Below are positions 50,028 through 60,324 of a DNA stretch of 64,000 bases, piece by piece. The DNA comes from a virus (taxonomy: Duplodnaviria > Caudoviricetes): IMG/VR virus record IMGVR_UViG_3300031418_000003, one strand, 5' to 3'. The translations under genes and the position numbers were made by a program. Every line of letters starts with the position of its first letter. The stretch's first letter is position 1. Under the pieces are notes generated by a model, which searched no databases, was not told the origin of the DNA, and was given only the letters and a program-made list of their open reading frames with translations.

Positions 50028-51152
50028 TTATGCTTTAAAGATGTGTGGAGAATCCAGCAGGTTCAGGCGCGCCGTTAAAGTTTTCTCGAAGCCTTGTGAA
50101 TAAGGTTTCAGAATACCTTCAACATAGCCTTGTAATGCAGGCGTCACTACTTTGTTATCTTTGCGTCCGAAGATAGCGAAGGTATCCAGATCAATTGACC
50201 AGACTTCCACACCTTCTTCCAGTGGAATCTCTTCCAGCAGTTTAATGATGCGGTCCACTTCCTGATCCAGGTAAACGAAGCACGCTTTGTTGTTCGGCGT
50301 TTCTTTGCCCATTGAAGACCAATCGTCACGACCACCGAATGAGATATAGGTGATGTTCTGATCCAGGAATGGTGGAACCAGTACACCGTTGACCAGGGTC
50401 TCTGCATAGCGAGTCAGTTCTTCTGATTCGGCAATACGTTTGGAATCAAACACAGTGCGAACCAGATCGTTTACCAGACGCAACTGACCCAACACTTTCT
50501 CTCCTGCATTTGGGAAATAAGTTGCCAGATCTTCCGGGGTAATCGGTGTGCGTTGGATTTCGATTTTGTCGTTGTTCTCATCAACGGGCAGAACTTTATC
50601 CAGGCACAGTTCCAGTTTGAAGTTACGGCCGGTTTCGGTACGGAAAGTCACGATGCCGTCAAAGTCTTTGACAATGTCGGTGTTCAATGAAACTTCTGAC
50701 ATCTCTTTGTTAACAAAGCGAGCTGTATCACGAATCGACTGACTGACTGCCGTCATCAAACCACGGATACGATCTTCGACATTGGTGAAATCAACACCCA
50801 TCAGTTCGTAGAAGGGATCAGCCTCATCAATAGTAAAGGTTGACAATGTCGCGCCAGGGCGAACACGGATCGGATAATAGACACCTGGTGCAGCCCAGAT
50901 TGAATCGCCAATTTCCGTGACCAGTTTATCGATGTTCTTGTCAAGATCCAGCAGGAAGCGATTGTAATCGTTCAGTGGGATAAAGAACAGCTGATTACCC
51001 AGGGATACTTTGTAACGATCCAGATGTTCCTGTTTTTCAACGGTGTACTGTTCAGGATTCAGCACAATCAACCGCAGGTGACGACACAACAGAACCAGGT
51101 TGTAATGGTTGTCATCTACGTAAGTAATTTCGTGTAAGTGTTTCTCATTCAT
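50028..51152 (-). CDS. Hypothetical protein
   Basis: 374-aa ORF. Confidence 0.7.
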   Translation of the reverse strand: MNEKHLHEITYVDDNHYNLVLLCRHLRLIVLNPEQYTVEKQEHLDRYKVSLGNQLFFIPLNDYNRFLLDLDKNIDKLVTEIGDSIWAAPGVYYPIRVRPGATLSTFTIDEADPFYELMGVDFTNVEDRIRGLMTAVSQSIRDTARFVNKEMSEVSLNTDIVKDFDGIVTFRTETGRNFKLELCLDKVLPVDENNDKIEIQRTPITPEDLATYFPNAGEKVLGQLRLVNDLVRTVFDSKRIAESEELTRYAETLVNGVLVPPFLDQNITYISFGGRDDWSSMGKETPNNKACFVYLDQEVDRIIKLLEEIPLEEGVEVWSIDLDTFAIFGRKDNKVVTPALQGYVEGILKPYSQGFEKTLTARLNLLDSPHIFKA

Positions 51153-51170
51153 TCTCGATAGGTCCCTATT

Positions 51171-53312
51171 ATGGATTTCTTTAACTTTTCGCCAAGCGTT
51201 GAAAAGGTCGGTTCTTACTATACGGTTACGGGTATAAATTTAAACGCCCTGGAAACTGACTTACGTACTAACTTCGGGACCTCGGTTATCTTTAACCGCA
51301 TCATTATCAAAGTTAATAATCGTAAGTTTAGGATTCACCAATTCTTCATTATCGAACTGGCTTGGATTCTCGATCACTTTACTACCAACAAGAATAAACG
51401 ACAGGTGGATCGTTATCGTGTTGGGATGTACAAATACAAACAACTGTTCGATGAGGTCAAATCCAAAACATGGATTAAAACCACCTTCGAAACATTTGCA
51501 CCATATAACGTTGACAAAGCACTGAAGAACTTTAAGCTAACACCGTTTATGGATCAGCGTGAGTTCCTGGAAGATTATGCCCGTATTAAATTTGGGTATC
51601 AGCTTCGTGGTTGCTTATTGGATGCTGAACCGGGTTCGGGTAAAACGTTCACCAGCTTAGTTTGGTCAGCGATGATTTCTCCCTATAAGACAGTCATCGT
51701 AGTTCCAAAACACTTGGTGAATAATCCCTGGGTTGAGGAGATGACCAATAAGTACTTTAAGGTCGTTCCGAAGATATGGACTTCGCTGGATGGAACTAAC
51801 CCCCTTAATCACACCGACTGCGATTACTTTATTATCTATAAAGAGAATCTGCGTTCGGGGGAATACGACCCACTTATCAACGCGATCTCTAAAAACGGTA
51901 AAGAACCGATCAAGATCATTGTAGATGAATCCCACAACTACAATGAATCGAAATCACAGCAGTCTCAGGGCTTAATTCAGTTAGGCAGTCATCCGTACGT
52001 TTCTGATGTACTCTTTATGTCAGGGACTCCGATTAAAGCTCAGGGTCGTGAGACCTTTGTCTTGTTTAAAGTTATTGACAAGTATTTCGATAGCTATGTG
52101 CAAGACGACTTTAATAAAATGTACGGTCGCGACAATGCCTTCTTGAATGAAATGCTGGCTCACCGACTGGGTCGTATTAAGTTTACTATTACCAGCGTTG
52201 ATGGCATCGGTAAACCACCGGAGCCGATTATCTGGCCGGTGAGTTTCCCTGGGGCAGAACAATATACCTTGAGTGCGATTCGTGCTGAGATGATGAACTT
52301 CATTTCTGAACGCGTTAGCTTCTATAATAAGGTCATGCCGAAGTACAATGCAGATTGGCAGAAGTTTGTTGATAACTATGCTAATTGGATCAGCGGTGAT
52401 CAGTTAGAAGAAGCAGAACTCAAACAGTATGTGAACACAGTCGAGTACTTCCGTAAGTTTGGCTATAACAACTTCACGGATGCCGACAAGTCTAAGTTCT
52501 GTCACAAGGTAGAGGCGAAGATTGAGAATGAGTTACGGGGAGAGGATCTGAAGTATTTCCGTAACATCAAATCTGCCGTCAAATACTTGAGCTTGAAGAT
52601 CCGTGGAGAGGCACTGGGACGCGTCCTGTCGCGTGCAAGGATGGATGCGGTACGTGACACCATTATTCATGCTAAACTGCCTGAGCTTATCAATGCGGTG
52701 AAGAAAAAGACCCTTGTTTATACTTCCTACATTGAAGTTATTAGAACGTTGACCGAATACTTCAATCAGGTTGGCATTGGTTCTCTATCGGTACACGGTG
52801 AGAACAGTAAAGACATTGATAAAGTGGTTGAACAGTTCCGGGACGATAAAAGCATCCAGGTTCTCAATACAACCTTTAACACCTTGAAAGAAGGTTATCC
52901 GCTCATCATGGCTAACCAGATCATCATGATGAACGCACCGTTCCGTTCTTATGAAACCAAACAGACCATTGCCCGTATTCACCGTAAAGGTCAAGACGTG
53001 GAATGTTTCGTTTATTTGTTGGATCTCGATACCGGAAATGAAGAGAATATCACTTCACGTTCTATCGATATCATGGAGTGGAGTCGTGAGCAAGTTGACG
53101 TGTTGTTGGGTGGTGGAAAGTTACCTACTCAGGTTGATGGTGTTTCCCTTGCGGTTAAAGGGTTGTGGGGTTCTGCTGTCTCTGGTTTCGAGAGTTATTA
53201 TGATACCGAGATCATGGCACCCGAGAAGTTTGATGAGGCATTGTTTATGGATCACATCCACATGGATCATGACGTTGGGTTTACCAACCCTACTGTAAAC
53301 GATCTGTTCTAA
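51171..53312 (+). CDS. SNF2/SF2-family helicase
   Basis: Motif I DAEPGSGKT, II IVDESH, III MSGTP, VI QTIARIHRKGQ. Confidence 0.9.
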   Translation: MDFFNFSPSVEKVGSYYTVTGINLNALETDLRTNFGTSVIFNRIIIKVNNRKFRIHQFFIIELAWILDHFTTNKNKRQVDRYRVGMYKYKQLFDEVKSKTWIKTTFETFAPYNVDKALKNFKLTPFMDQREFLEDYARIKFGYQLRGCLLDAEPGSGKTFTSLVWSAMISPYKTVIVVPKHLVNNPWVEEMTNKYFKVVPKIWTSLDGTNPLNHTDCDYFIIYKENLRSGEYDPLINAISKNGKEPIKIIVDESHNYNESKSQQSQGLIQLGSHPYVSDVLFMSGTPIKAQGRETFVLFKVIDKYFDSYVQDDFNKMYGRDNAFLNEMLAHRLGRIKFTITSVDGIGKPPEPIIWPVSFPGAEQYTLSAIRAEMMNFISERVSFYNKVMPKYNADWQKFVDNYANWISGDQLEEAELKQYVNTVEYFRKFGYNNFTDADKSKFCHKVEAKIENELRGEDLKYFRNIKSAVKYLSLKIRGEALGRVLSRARMDAVRDTIIHAKLPELINAVKKKTLVYTSYIEVIRTLTEYFNQVGIGSLSVHGENSKDIDKVVEQFRDDKSIQVLNTTFNTLKEGYPLIMANQIIMMNAPFRSYETKQTIARIHRKGQDVECFVYLLDLDTGNEENITSRSIDIMEWSREQVDVLLGGGKLPTQVDGVSLAVKGLWGSAVSGFESYYDTEIMAPEKFDEALFMDHIHMDHDVGFTNPTVNDLF

Positions 53313-53382
53313 AATAGTTCCTACCTGCCGAGAGGTGGGTAGGATTATTTGTATTGTTACAACTCACACATTAAGGTTTATT

Positions 53383-54438
53383 ATGGAACGTTCTTTTGCT
53401 GTAGTGGCAGGCTTCGAACATGAAGCAGAATTATTGGTTGGGCTTGATGACCTGCGGGATATCACCGATCACGAAGTACCCAAAACACCTGAAGCAGTTT
53501 ATACTGAAACCGTGCTGAAGTTAGACGGTGGTACGTATGATATCGTTGATGGTCAGGAAGGTTTCCTGGATAACATCAAACGTGGAGCTACCAAAGTCTA
53601 CGAATGGATCAAGTCCATTATCAAGGCTATCAAGGAGTGGTTATTTGGCAAACCACGCCGGGAAGTAGCAGAGGTTGAGAAGTCTGTTATCAAGATCAGC
53701 AAAGAGTTGGATGAACAACTCAAAGTGGTTGATAAAGCAACATCCGAAGATATCCTTCGCACCGTTGCTGATCTCCATGTGCCAGAAGCTCAAAAGCAGA
53801 AAATCAAGCAAGCTATTCAGCGTATTCCTGCTGAGGATCGAGCTATTATTAATCAGACAACAGTCCCGACGGCTGATACTCCTTCGACTGATAAATCTGA
53901 AAAGATTATTTCTGAAATGAGTAACCGTTTAATTTCGAGAGTTAAATCAGTAAAAACGAATCTGGATGAAATTAAGCGTGTTGATCCCGAAGGCATTGTT
54001 TCTAAAGAGCTGGGTATTGACGACTTCTTAAAGAACATTGCTGATGACTCTCTGACTAGTTCAAGACTTGGGCTTGGTCTTGCAAGCAGTAGAATCATCA
54101 CTGACGTTGCCGAAGTAATCGTGAAGGCAGCCCAGGGTTACGATATTGCTCTGGCAGATGCAACCAAGCATTTAGAGAAAATGAACAACGAAGGTCCATT
54201 TGCTGTTGAGGATGAACGTTCACGTCAGGTTTCTCGTGCAGCTAAAGTTGTACTGGAATTGGGGAATGCTGCTAATAAGATGCGTGATCTGGTAGTGTCC
54301 CTTGACAGCCAGTTAATGAAGACTGCTGCTCAAATGGAAACCATTGCATTATCAGCTCGTGTTATTGAAGCAATGAAACACACCAGAGAACCGTCTAACC
54401 AATATCTACAAATGGTTCTTGATGAATTAAAAATGTAA
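53383..54438 (+). CDS. Internal head (ejection / inner-body family) protein
   Basis: Start refined to ATG 53383 (TAAGGT SD); propeptide with AGFE and GQE sites followed by GFLDNIK...WIKSIIKAIKEWLFG amphipathic helix typical of this family. Confidence 0.7.
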   Translation: MERSFAVVAGFEHEAELLVGLDDLRDITDHEVPKTPEAVYTETVLKLDGGTYDIVDGQEGFLDNIKRGATKVYEWIKSIIKAIKEWLFGKPRREVAEVEKSVIKISKELDEQLKVVDKATSEDILRTVADLHVPEAQKQKIKQAIQRIPAEDRAIINQTTVPTADTPSTDKSEKIISEMSNRLISRVKSVKTNLDEIKRVDPEGIVSKELGIDDFLKNIADDSLTSSRLGLGLASSRIITDVAEVIVKAAQGYDIALADATKHLEKMNNEGPFAVEDERSRQVSRAAKVVLELGNAANKMRDLVVSLDSQLMKTAAQMETIALSARVIEAMKHTREPSNQYLQMVLDELKM

Positions 54439-54449
54439 ACATACTTATA

Positions 54450-54477
54450 CCTCTCTACTCCAATTGGAGTAGAGAGG
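54450..54477. terminator. Terminator; perfect 28-bp palindrome
   Basis: CCTCTCTACTCC-AATT-GGAGTAGAGAGG between convergent genes. Confidence 0.85.
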
Positions 54478-54509
54478 CTTTGAGTAAAGTAAAGATATTG
54501 CTTTATTTT

Positions 54510-55931
54510 TTATCTGCCTAATTCTTTTAGGCTATATACACGAAGATTCGCGTTACTATTAGAATGGATATAATCGTAATCAGGTGTGCTAACAATCGTG
54601 CAATAACTTACACCGGCATCGTCATTGAAATCCAATGCCAGATATACCTTCATGTTATCCACTTTGTTTACGATCAAACTGTTCAGCGAGTTACGCTCCG
54701 GCATGTCATACTTCACTGACAAGTTCACAGTGACAGGTTTAACACAACCAGGGGCTTCGATCTTAATCGGAACGGTTAAGGTGTTGTTGGTAAAGTCTGG
54801 GTGAATTTTCCATTTCCCTTTTGGATCTTTCACAAAGAAGTTATCAGTGATATCAATAAATTGGTTCTTTCTGTACCAGCCGTTTTCATCCCGCTGACGG
54901 AAGAACTTATGAATGAAATCCAATCGAGCGTGTGCATCTCGAATGCGATAACTTAACCCAGGTGGATCGATGAATTCTACTAACACGGCATCTTCCGTGT
55001 TTCCTACGGTCATTGGAGCAACCAGATCTTTCTTACCAAAGACGCCAGGGATTGTGTCGACAACGCGAGCAATCTCTTTTGACTTAATAAAGTTCAAGTT
55101 ACCTGCTGACATGATGTTATACGGGTTCGGTTTATTACGTTGACAGAACGTAAATAACTTATCCAACGTCGCAATAGGTGTCTTCGTATAGAGGGACGAG
55201 TAGTAAACATCCGGTGTGGCTTTACCGTAATAGTTCTTATCAGGGTCGACCCGTCCGAACGTGTACTTGCGATACCCTAACTCATCGACATCAAGGAAGT
55301 CAGATTTATCGCCTGTGTTGAAATACCAACGTGAGGCGGTGACTAACTTGTTGAAATCGATTTCGGGATCTTTATAAGCTTTGAGATCAAGCTTATCCAG
55401 TGACACGGCTTCGGATGCTGGAAGCTCAGAGAGAGCAGTCGCAAGCTCCAGTTGCTTATGCGCAACCTTAGGACCTTCCCCACCTTTCGCATAATACTCG
55501 ATATCCAAGATGATATCTTTCTTGTGCTCTGTATACAGGGTATGAACACGTTTAAATAAGTCAGGGTCTAATCCCTCAGGGTGACGTCCTGCTGTTACCA
55601 TTTTGTGTCCTTTGACACAGTTGGTAATGACAAGCAGTTTGTTACCATCGGTCTTATTCACTAACCATTCATTAATGATCAACTCAAGTTGCAGAAGAAA
55701 TGCGGCTGTTTCATTCGGTTGGTTTAAAACGCGTCCATTATAAATATCAACCATATCCACTGGGATATTTTGATAGTTACCATTCACGAAGAAACCGTAA
55801 ACAGAGGGCGCATCTTTGATAAGTTTGCGTCTGCTTTCTTTATTGGGATCGTACGAATAACCGTGACCACCCGAAAGACCCACGTTCTTATCTTTAACGA
55901 ATGTGCTAACAATGTAATAGACAATGTTCAT
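54510..55931 (-). CDS. RNase H-fold protein (phiKZ gp155-like), catalytic residues apparently lost
   Basis: GGHGYSY and RWYFNT...YTFG...YGKATPD motifs and synteny; the DEDD residues are not recognisable. Confidence 0.65.
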   Translation of the reverse strand: MNIVYYIVSTFVKDKNVGLSGGHGYSYDPNKESRRKLIKDAPSVYGFFVNGNYQNIPVDMVDIYNGRVLNQPNETAAFLLQLELIINEWLVNKTDGNKLLVITNCVKGHKMVTAGRHPEGLDPDLFKRVHTLYTEHKKDIILDIEYYAKGGEGPKVAHKQLELATALSELPASEAVSLDKLDLKAYKDPEIDFNKLVTASRWYFNTGDKSDFLDVDELGYRKYTFGRVDPDKNYYGKATPDVYYSSLYTKTPIATLDKLFTFCQRNKPNPYNIMSAGNLNFIKSKEIARVVDTIPGVFGKKDLVAPMTVGNTEDAVLVEFIDPPGLSYRIRDAHARLDFIHKFFRQRDENGWYRKNQFIDITDNFFVKDPKGKWKIHPDFTNNTLTVPIKIEAPGCVKPVTVNLSVKYDMPERNSLNSLIVNKVDNMKVYLALDFNDDAGVSYCTIVSTPDYDYIHSNSNANLRVYSLKELGR

Positions 55932-55989
55932 CTGTGAATATACCTGACGTTTTTGTTATGTAACAACTAATTCACATCCTTGTCTTATT

Positions 55990-56391
55990 TTATTTCTTCA
56001 CTTTATTTTGCAGGCTTGTATTATCTTTTTTCAGTTGTGCGTTATCTTCCAGAAGTTTATGAATGGCTGAATCCATTTCTTTCAGCTTATCATTTTTCTT
56101 TTGGATCTCGGCGTACTGATCGGTATTGATGCGAAACAGCTGGTTCATGTTCTCCTGTTGTGTTCCCATGAAAGAATCGATCTTTTCAACAGAACGTTCC
56201 AGGTCAGCCATGTACCATCCAGTAACGATATACTTAGCTGTCATCGTTGCACCCAAGATTGCCATCATCAGCGCAAACAAAAGCACCTTCTTTAAAAGAT
56301 GTTCTTGTTTCTCTTCATAGGTGGTGCCCTTGGTAATGCGAATGAGGTAGCTAATAATCCTATTGGTTAGTTCCCTAAGAAAAATGTTCAT
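55990..56391 (-). CDS. Single-TM coiled-coil protein
   Basis: 133 aa; TM VLLFALMMAILGATMTA followed by heptad-rich C-terminus. Confidence 0.65.
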   Translation of the reverse strand: MNIFLRELTNRIISYLIRITKGTTYEEKQEHLLKKVLLFALMMAILGATMTAKYIVTGWYMADLERSVEKIDSFMGTQQENMNQLFRINTDQYAEIQKKNDKLKEMDSAIHKLLEDNAQLKKDNTSLQNKVKK

Positions 56392-56441
56392 TGCTGTGGT
56401 TCCACCAAATTAATTTGCCTATTATAGCTAAAGGTTACTTT

Positions 56442-57779
56442 ATGTCAACGTCAACAGCCCTTTATAGTTGCTTTGCCGAAATTCACGACTTGATCATTAA
56501 CGGATCAAATTCTCCAATCGGAGAGCTGACAAATAAAACTCGCTCATACGCTAAAGAGCCAGACTTTTATTCCCAGCCCGATGCAGATATTGATCTGTGG
56601 GGATTCCGTGGAGTTTCGAGCACGTCGAAATACGAAAAGATTCCGACTGCCTTTGTTAAACCAGTTGTCGATATGATTTCCTGGTTATATACCCAAGCCA
56701 TCGGCAACAAAACCACAGACTCGTCCCAGTCTTGTTTGCAGTTGTTAAAAGCAACGTATACCACAAACTGGACTTGGACTGATGTTGGTGTGATGGTCAC
56801 CAACAATGCGATCTGGTTACCTTCCAGCATCACGTTCACCCTCAAGGTCGGTGACGAGACTAACGACTTCAAAATTTGGTTTGCCAATGAGTATTTCGCT
56901 GTTGAGTTCCCGTATCGCGAAATCTATGTTGTCCATCCCGTCCCCATTGCCAATATCGACGCATTGGCGAATCAGAACTTTAAGCAAGTTCTTCAGTTGA
57001 TTCAGGCACAAACCACTGCAAAAATTGAAGACCGTGTTGATGCGCTATTAGGAAAAGATTACCCTCCTTACAGTGCACGTGTTGTGTATAGTTTTGATAT
57101 TTACGATTTGGTGAACACACCAAATAAAAATACAGGTGATTGGACTGTCATCTATTATGGCAACCCGAATGACGCTGAAGAAGAAACGTATGAACAAATC
57201 AAACAGTGCATACTTTCTAATTCCCAGTACGATGAAACCAAGTGGGCAGACATTATTCCTGATCTGTTCAATCCGCTTGAATTTGCTATCGTTCCGTACT
57301 GGAATAAGATCGGTATTCAGAACGAAACCGTCGCCGGTTCTACCCTGAGTCCTATCTTTACTTATGACGGCGGTACTGATCTCCCAACGAAATACGGTGC
57401 CCTGTGGGATGCCAGTAAGATCATAAAATCGTTACAGGTCGTTCCATCTCTTTATAAGTCGGCACATATGGCTTTTGTAGGGAAACCAACTAACCATAAT
57501 GATCTGGATTTGATCACGGAAATCTTCCCGGATTACCAGCTGATTCCATCTACGGATTCACAAGCTGGCATGATGAGCAAGGCAACCTCTCAGTTTATCA
57601 AAGATCTGGAAGGTATGTTAGCAGCCGCTGAAACAGTTACCCCTGACGGTATGCCGCCGACCGGTATCCAGCGTGTGACGAAAAACGGAATGCTTTATAT
57701 TACGCGTCGTTCCTCCAACGTAAAGCTGAGCATGATTACCCGTTATCAATTCGTTAAAGATGGAATCCTGACTGAATGA
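56442..57779 (+). CDS. Virion structural protein (phiKZ gp157-like)
   Basis: Start refined to ATG 56442 (AAGGT SD); SPIGEL...SY, WLPSSI, PDLFNPLEF motifs. Confidence 0.7.
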   Translation: MSTSTALYSCFAEIHDLIINGSNSPIGELTNKTRSYAKEPDFYSQPDADIDLWGFRGVSSTSKYEKIPTAFVKPVVDMISWLYTQAIGNKTTDSSQSCLQLLKATYTTNWTWTDVGVMVTNNAIWLPSSITFTLKVGDETNDFKIWFANEYFAVEFPYREIYVVHPVPIANIDALANQNFKQVLQLIQAQTTAKIEDRVDALLGKDYPPYSARVVYSFDIYDLVNTPNKNTGDWTVIYYGNPNDAEEETYEQIKQCILSNSQYDETKWADIIPDLFNPLEFAIVPYWNKIGIQNETVAGSTLSPIFTYDGGTDLPTKYGALWDASKIIKSLQVVPSLYKSAHMAFVGKPTNHNDLDLITEIFPDYQLIPSTDSQAGMMSKATSQFIKDLEGMLAAAETVTPDGMPPTGIQRVTKNGMLYITRRSSNVKLSMITRYQFVKDGILTE

Positions 57780-58441
57780 GTACAACCACAAATATAATCC
57801 CACAGCTGTATGCTAAAGGTTCCTTCGAGGCATACCCACCATTTGACAGTGTGGTAAGTCCGGCTGCGTTTTATACTGTACAGAGTGTTGTTACTCCGTC
57901 CCAGATGTTGGCTAGAAAAGTTGATCTGTTTAAAACGGTATGGGAACCTGCGGGTGCAACTGAAGCGGATTATCAGCAACAGTTAAACGCCCTGCAGAAT
58001 CTTGACGGTGCGATCATTATTCTTTCCAGCAAGAATGGACCTGATGTTTACGTTCCTTCAACCTACATCAAGTCCTATCCGCTGGTCGACGGTGTTATCT
58101 ATGAGCACCTGTGTATTATCACGGATTGTGGTGCAGTCCCTCCTGCTTTCAAAGATCTCTTGAATTCAGGTGTCGATCATTTCAATAACTACATGAAAGA
58201 CAACTACGGATTGACAAATCCACGCACAACGCTGGGCACTATTCAAACCCGCGGTTATGTTCCTAAAGAACAAGCCGAAGCCTGGGAGAACACCCGACAG
58301 CAACAGATCAAAAATGACCCTTCTGATTTGATTCGTTTGAATAACGCCCTGGCAACCATCGCACAACAAGCTGCTTATATCACCGAGCTTGAAGATGCAT
58401 TGAAAGCCAAAGCTACCGCCACTGAAGAAACAAAAAAATAA
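57776..58441 (+). CDS. Virion-associated protein (phiKZ gp158-like)
   Basis: 221 aa, coupled to the upstream gene; VYVPSTYIKSYP motif and C-terminal coiled coil. Confidence 0.6.
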   Translation: MSTTTNIIPQLYAKGSFEAYPPFDSVVSPAAFYTVQSVVTPSQMLARKVDLFKTVWEPAGATEADYQQQLNALQNLDGAIIILSSKNGPDVYVPSTYIKSYPLVDGVIYEHLCIITDCGAVPPAFKDLLNSGVDHFNNYMKDNYGLTNPRTTLGTIQTRGYVPKEQAEAWENTRQQQIKNDPSDLIRLNNALATIAQQAAYITELEDALKAKATATEETKK

Positions 58442-58450
58442 ACAAGATCA

Positions 58451-58480
58451 ACTCTACTCTCCCGTTTGGGAGAGTAGAGT
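58451..58480. terminator. Terminator hairpin between convergent genes
   Basis: ACTCTACTCTCCC/GGGAGAGTAGAGT. Confidence 0.85.
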
Positions 58481-58487
58481 ATCTTTA

Positions 58488-59111
58488 TTATAGGTTAAAT
58501 ATTTTTGGCGTGATCTGTTCTAAACAGATAGAACGAACCTGAAGTTTATCACCTTTCATGATATTCCATCCGCCACAGATTCCTGACTCAAGCCAGAGAT
58601 TGTCACCGATTGTATATCGTTCATATAAACCAAACGAAATAGAATCGAGTGCTTTAAAGATTGCCTTTCTTACTTTGTTAGGTTGCTTCACGATTTCTTT
58701 AAAATGGTGAGTCAACATCCCCTGCCTGATAAACCCTAAGAAACAGTCAAAGTGACTTTCATTAGGTTTCAGTACACCTACATCTTTCCATTGAACAAAC
58801 AAAGTAATCCGTTTATTCAGCGCATGACAGTCTACCTGTACACCACGCTTATCGGCAGTCATAAAGATCACCGATGATTTAAACACTGAAGCAGCCACAC
58901 GTTCCCACAGCCCACATTCGACATAAGGGTTGTTACGTTCCGGCTTTACTGCAACTGGCAGTATGACTAATGGAGCATTGTCAGATGTTCTAAAAGCCTC
59001 ATAAAAGTAACCTTTGCGAATATCCAAATGTTGGATAGATTTTTGAGTAATAACTACTTCACGAAGTTTAGGAATGGGCTTCGTGATTAACGTACCTGGA
59101 TGCGTGTACAT
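58488..59111 (-). CDS. Hypothetical protein
   Basis: 207 aa, last gene of an early operon. Confidence 0.6.
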   Translation of the reverse strand: MYTHPGTLITKPIPKLREVVITQKSIQHLDIRKGYFYEAFRTSDNAPLVILPVAVKPERNNPYVECGLWERVAASVFKSSVIFMTADKRGVQVDCHALNKRITLFVQWKDVGVLKPNESHFDCFLGFIRQGMLTHHFKEIVKQPNKVRKAIFKALDSISFGLYERYTIGDNLWLESGICGGWNIMKGDKLQVRSICLEQITPKIFNL

Positions 59112-59131
59112 TAGTGTCGGTCCTGTAAAGG

Positions 59132-59824
59132 TTAAGCCGAAGGTTGTGAAACTTTACCCGTTGATGTTGCGAGGTCTGCCAAACCAACAGAATTTACTCC
59201 CTTAGCGTTTACACAGTTGAAAACAGTTCGGCGAGGATTACCTTTATCGCGATCTGATTCCTGCACATAAGAACGTTCGTCCTTATCAGCTTGGGAATAA
59301 ACCAGCGCGCTGATCTGCATAGTAAAAGAACGCACCCCTTCAAACGAACCCAGGGACTCATGGTAAACACAAGTATCACGACCACGTAATGTATGCTTGA
59401 TAACACTACTCGCGATTGTGTTGCTTTCTGTGAACTCTGGTGAGACATCTGGAATGATGTTAGCAATTTTGTTGATATCCACGACATCGCCGATGTCAAC
59501 AGTACGGATAAAGGTACGTTCCCGATTGGCACGCAGACCCAGTTCAGGAATAAAGCCATTCACATGCAACAACACCGGTGAATGTTCCTTGATGTTCGCT
59601 TCGCCAGGTTTGCTTGACCAGGTTTTCCAGTGGAAGGTCAGACGAATCTGGATAAACTCTTTGGGATCGTAAAGATGTTTGGACTTATCGGGGATCAGCT
59701 TAAACAGGTTGGTTTTAAAGCGGTTGAGTACTTGGTTGATTTCGTACCCGTATTCGTTGGGATTGGAAATGGTATTACATTTGTCCAAAGAGAGACGCAG
59801 TGCCCCAATGAGTGTATCGATCAT
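59132..59824 (-). CDS. Hypothetical protein
   Basis: 230 aa; start overlaps the upstream stop. Confidence 0.65.
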   Translation of the reverse strand: MIDTLIGALRLSLDKCNTISNPNEYGYEINQVLNRFKTNLFKLIPDKSKHLYDPKEFIQIRLTFHWKTWSSKPGEANIKEHSPVLLHVNGFIPELGLRANRERTFIRTVDIGDVVDINKIANIIPDVSPEFTESNTIASSVIKHTLRGRDTCVYHESLGSFEGVRSFTMQISALVYSQADKDERSYVQESDRDKGNPRRTVFNCVNAKGVNSVGLADLATSTGKVSQPSA

Positions 59825-60324
59825 AATGAATCCTTGATATTGCGTGAGAAAAGTGCGTAGTGATTTAATTTAACTTTAACTGACTTATCTTTATAAATGG
59901 TCAGCTGATCTTTGTGAAGATAGAAGGTGATCCCATCCTCGGTATTCCCGATGGAATTGCGAACAACATCAGGTAGTAATTCCCTGACAATGGTGATGGC
60001 TTTGTTACGTTTATTATTGGAAAGCCTGCCGTCATCAAAATCTAACAGATTGGCAAATACTGCATGGATGGTTGACAAACGTTTATCCACTTCTGGAAGA
60101 GTGTGTAACTGCATGGCTACTGCTTTGCCTTTACCTGAGTAAGGAAAGACTACCAGCAACGCATCTTTACGACCGTGATATTTAACTACCATCACATCGT
60201 CAGATAATACAGTTACAATTGGATTCTGGTTGGCAAAAATAACCATCCGATTCCACCCTTCTTCTTCCGCATTCTCAGGTGCAGAGAAACACACCAAACC
60301 ACCTTGCTTAAGGTAAATTTCCAT
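59821..60324 (-). CDS. Hypothetical protein
   Basis: 167 aa; TAATG coupling. Confidence 0.65.
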   Translation of the reverse strand: MEIYLKQGGLVCFSAPENAEEEGWNRMVIFANQNPIVTVLSDDVMVVKYHGRKDALLVVFPYSGKGKAVAMQLHTLPEVDKRLSTIHAVFANLLDFDDGRLSNNKRNKAITIVRELLPDVVRNSIGNTEDGITFYLHKDQLTIYKDKSVKVKLNHYALFSRNIKDSL

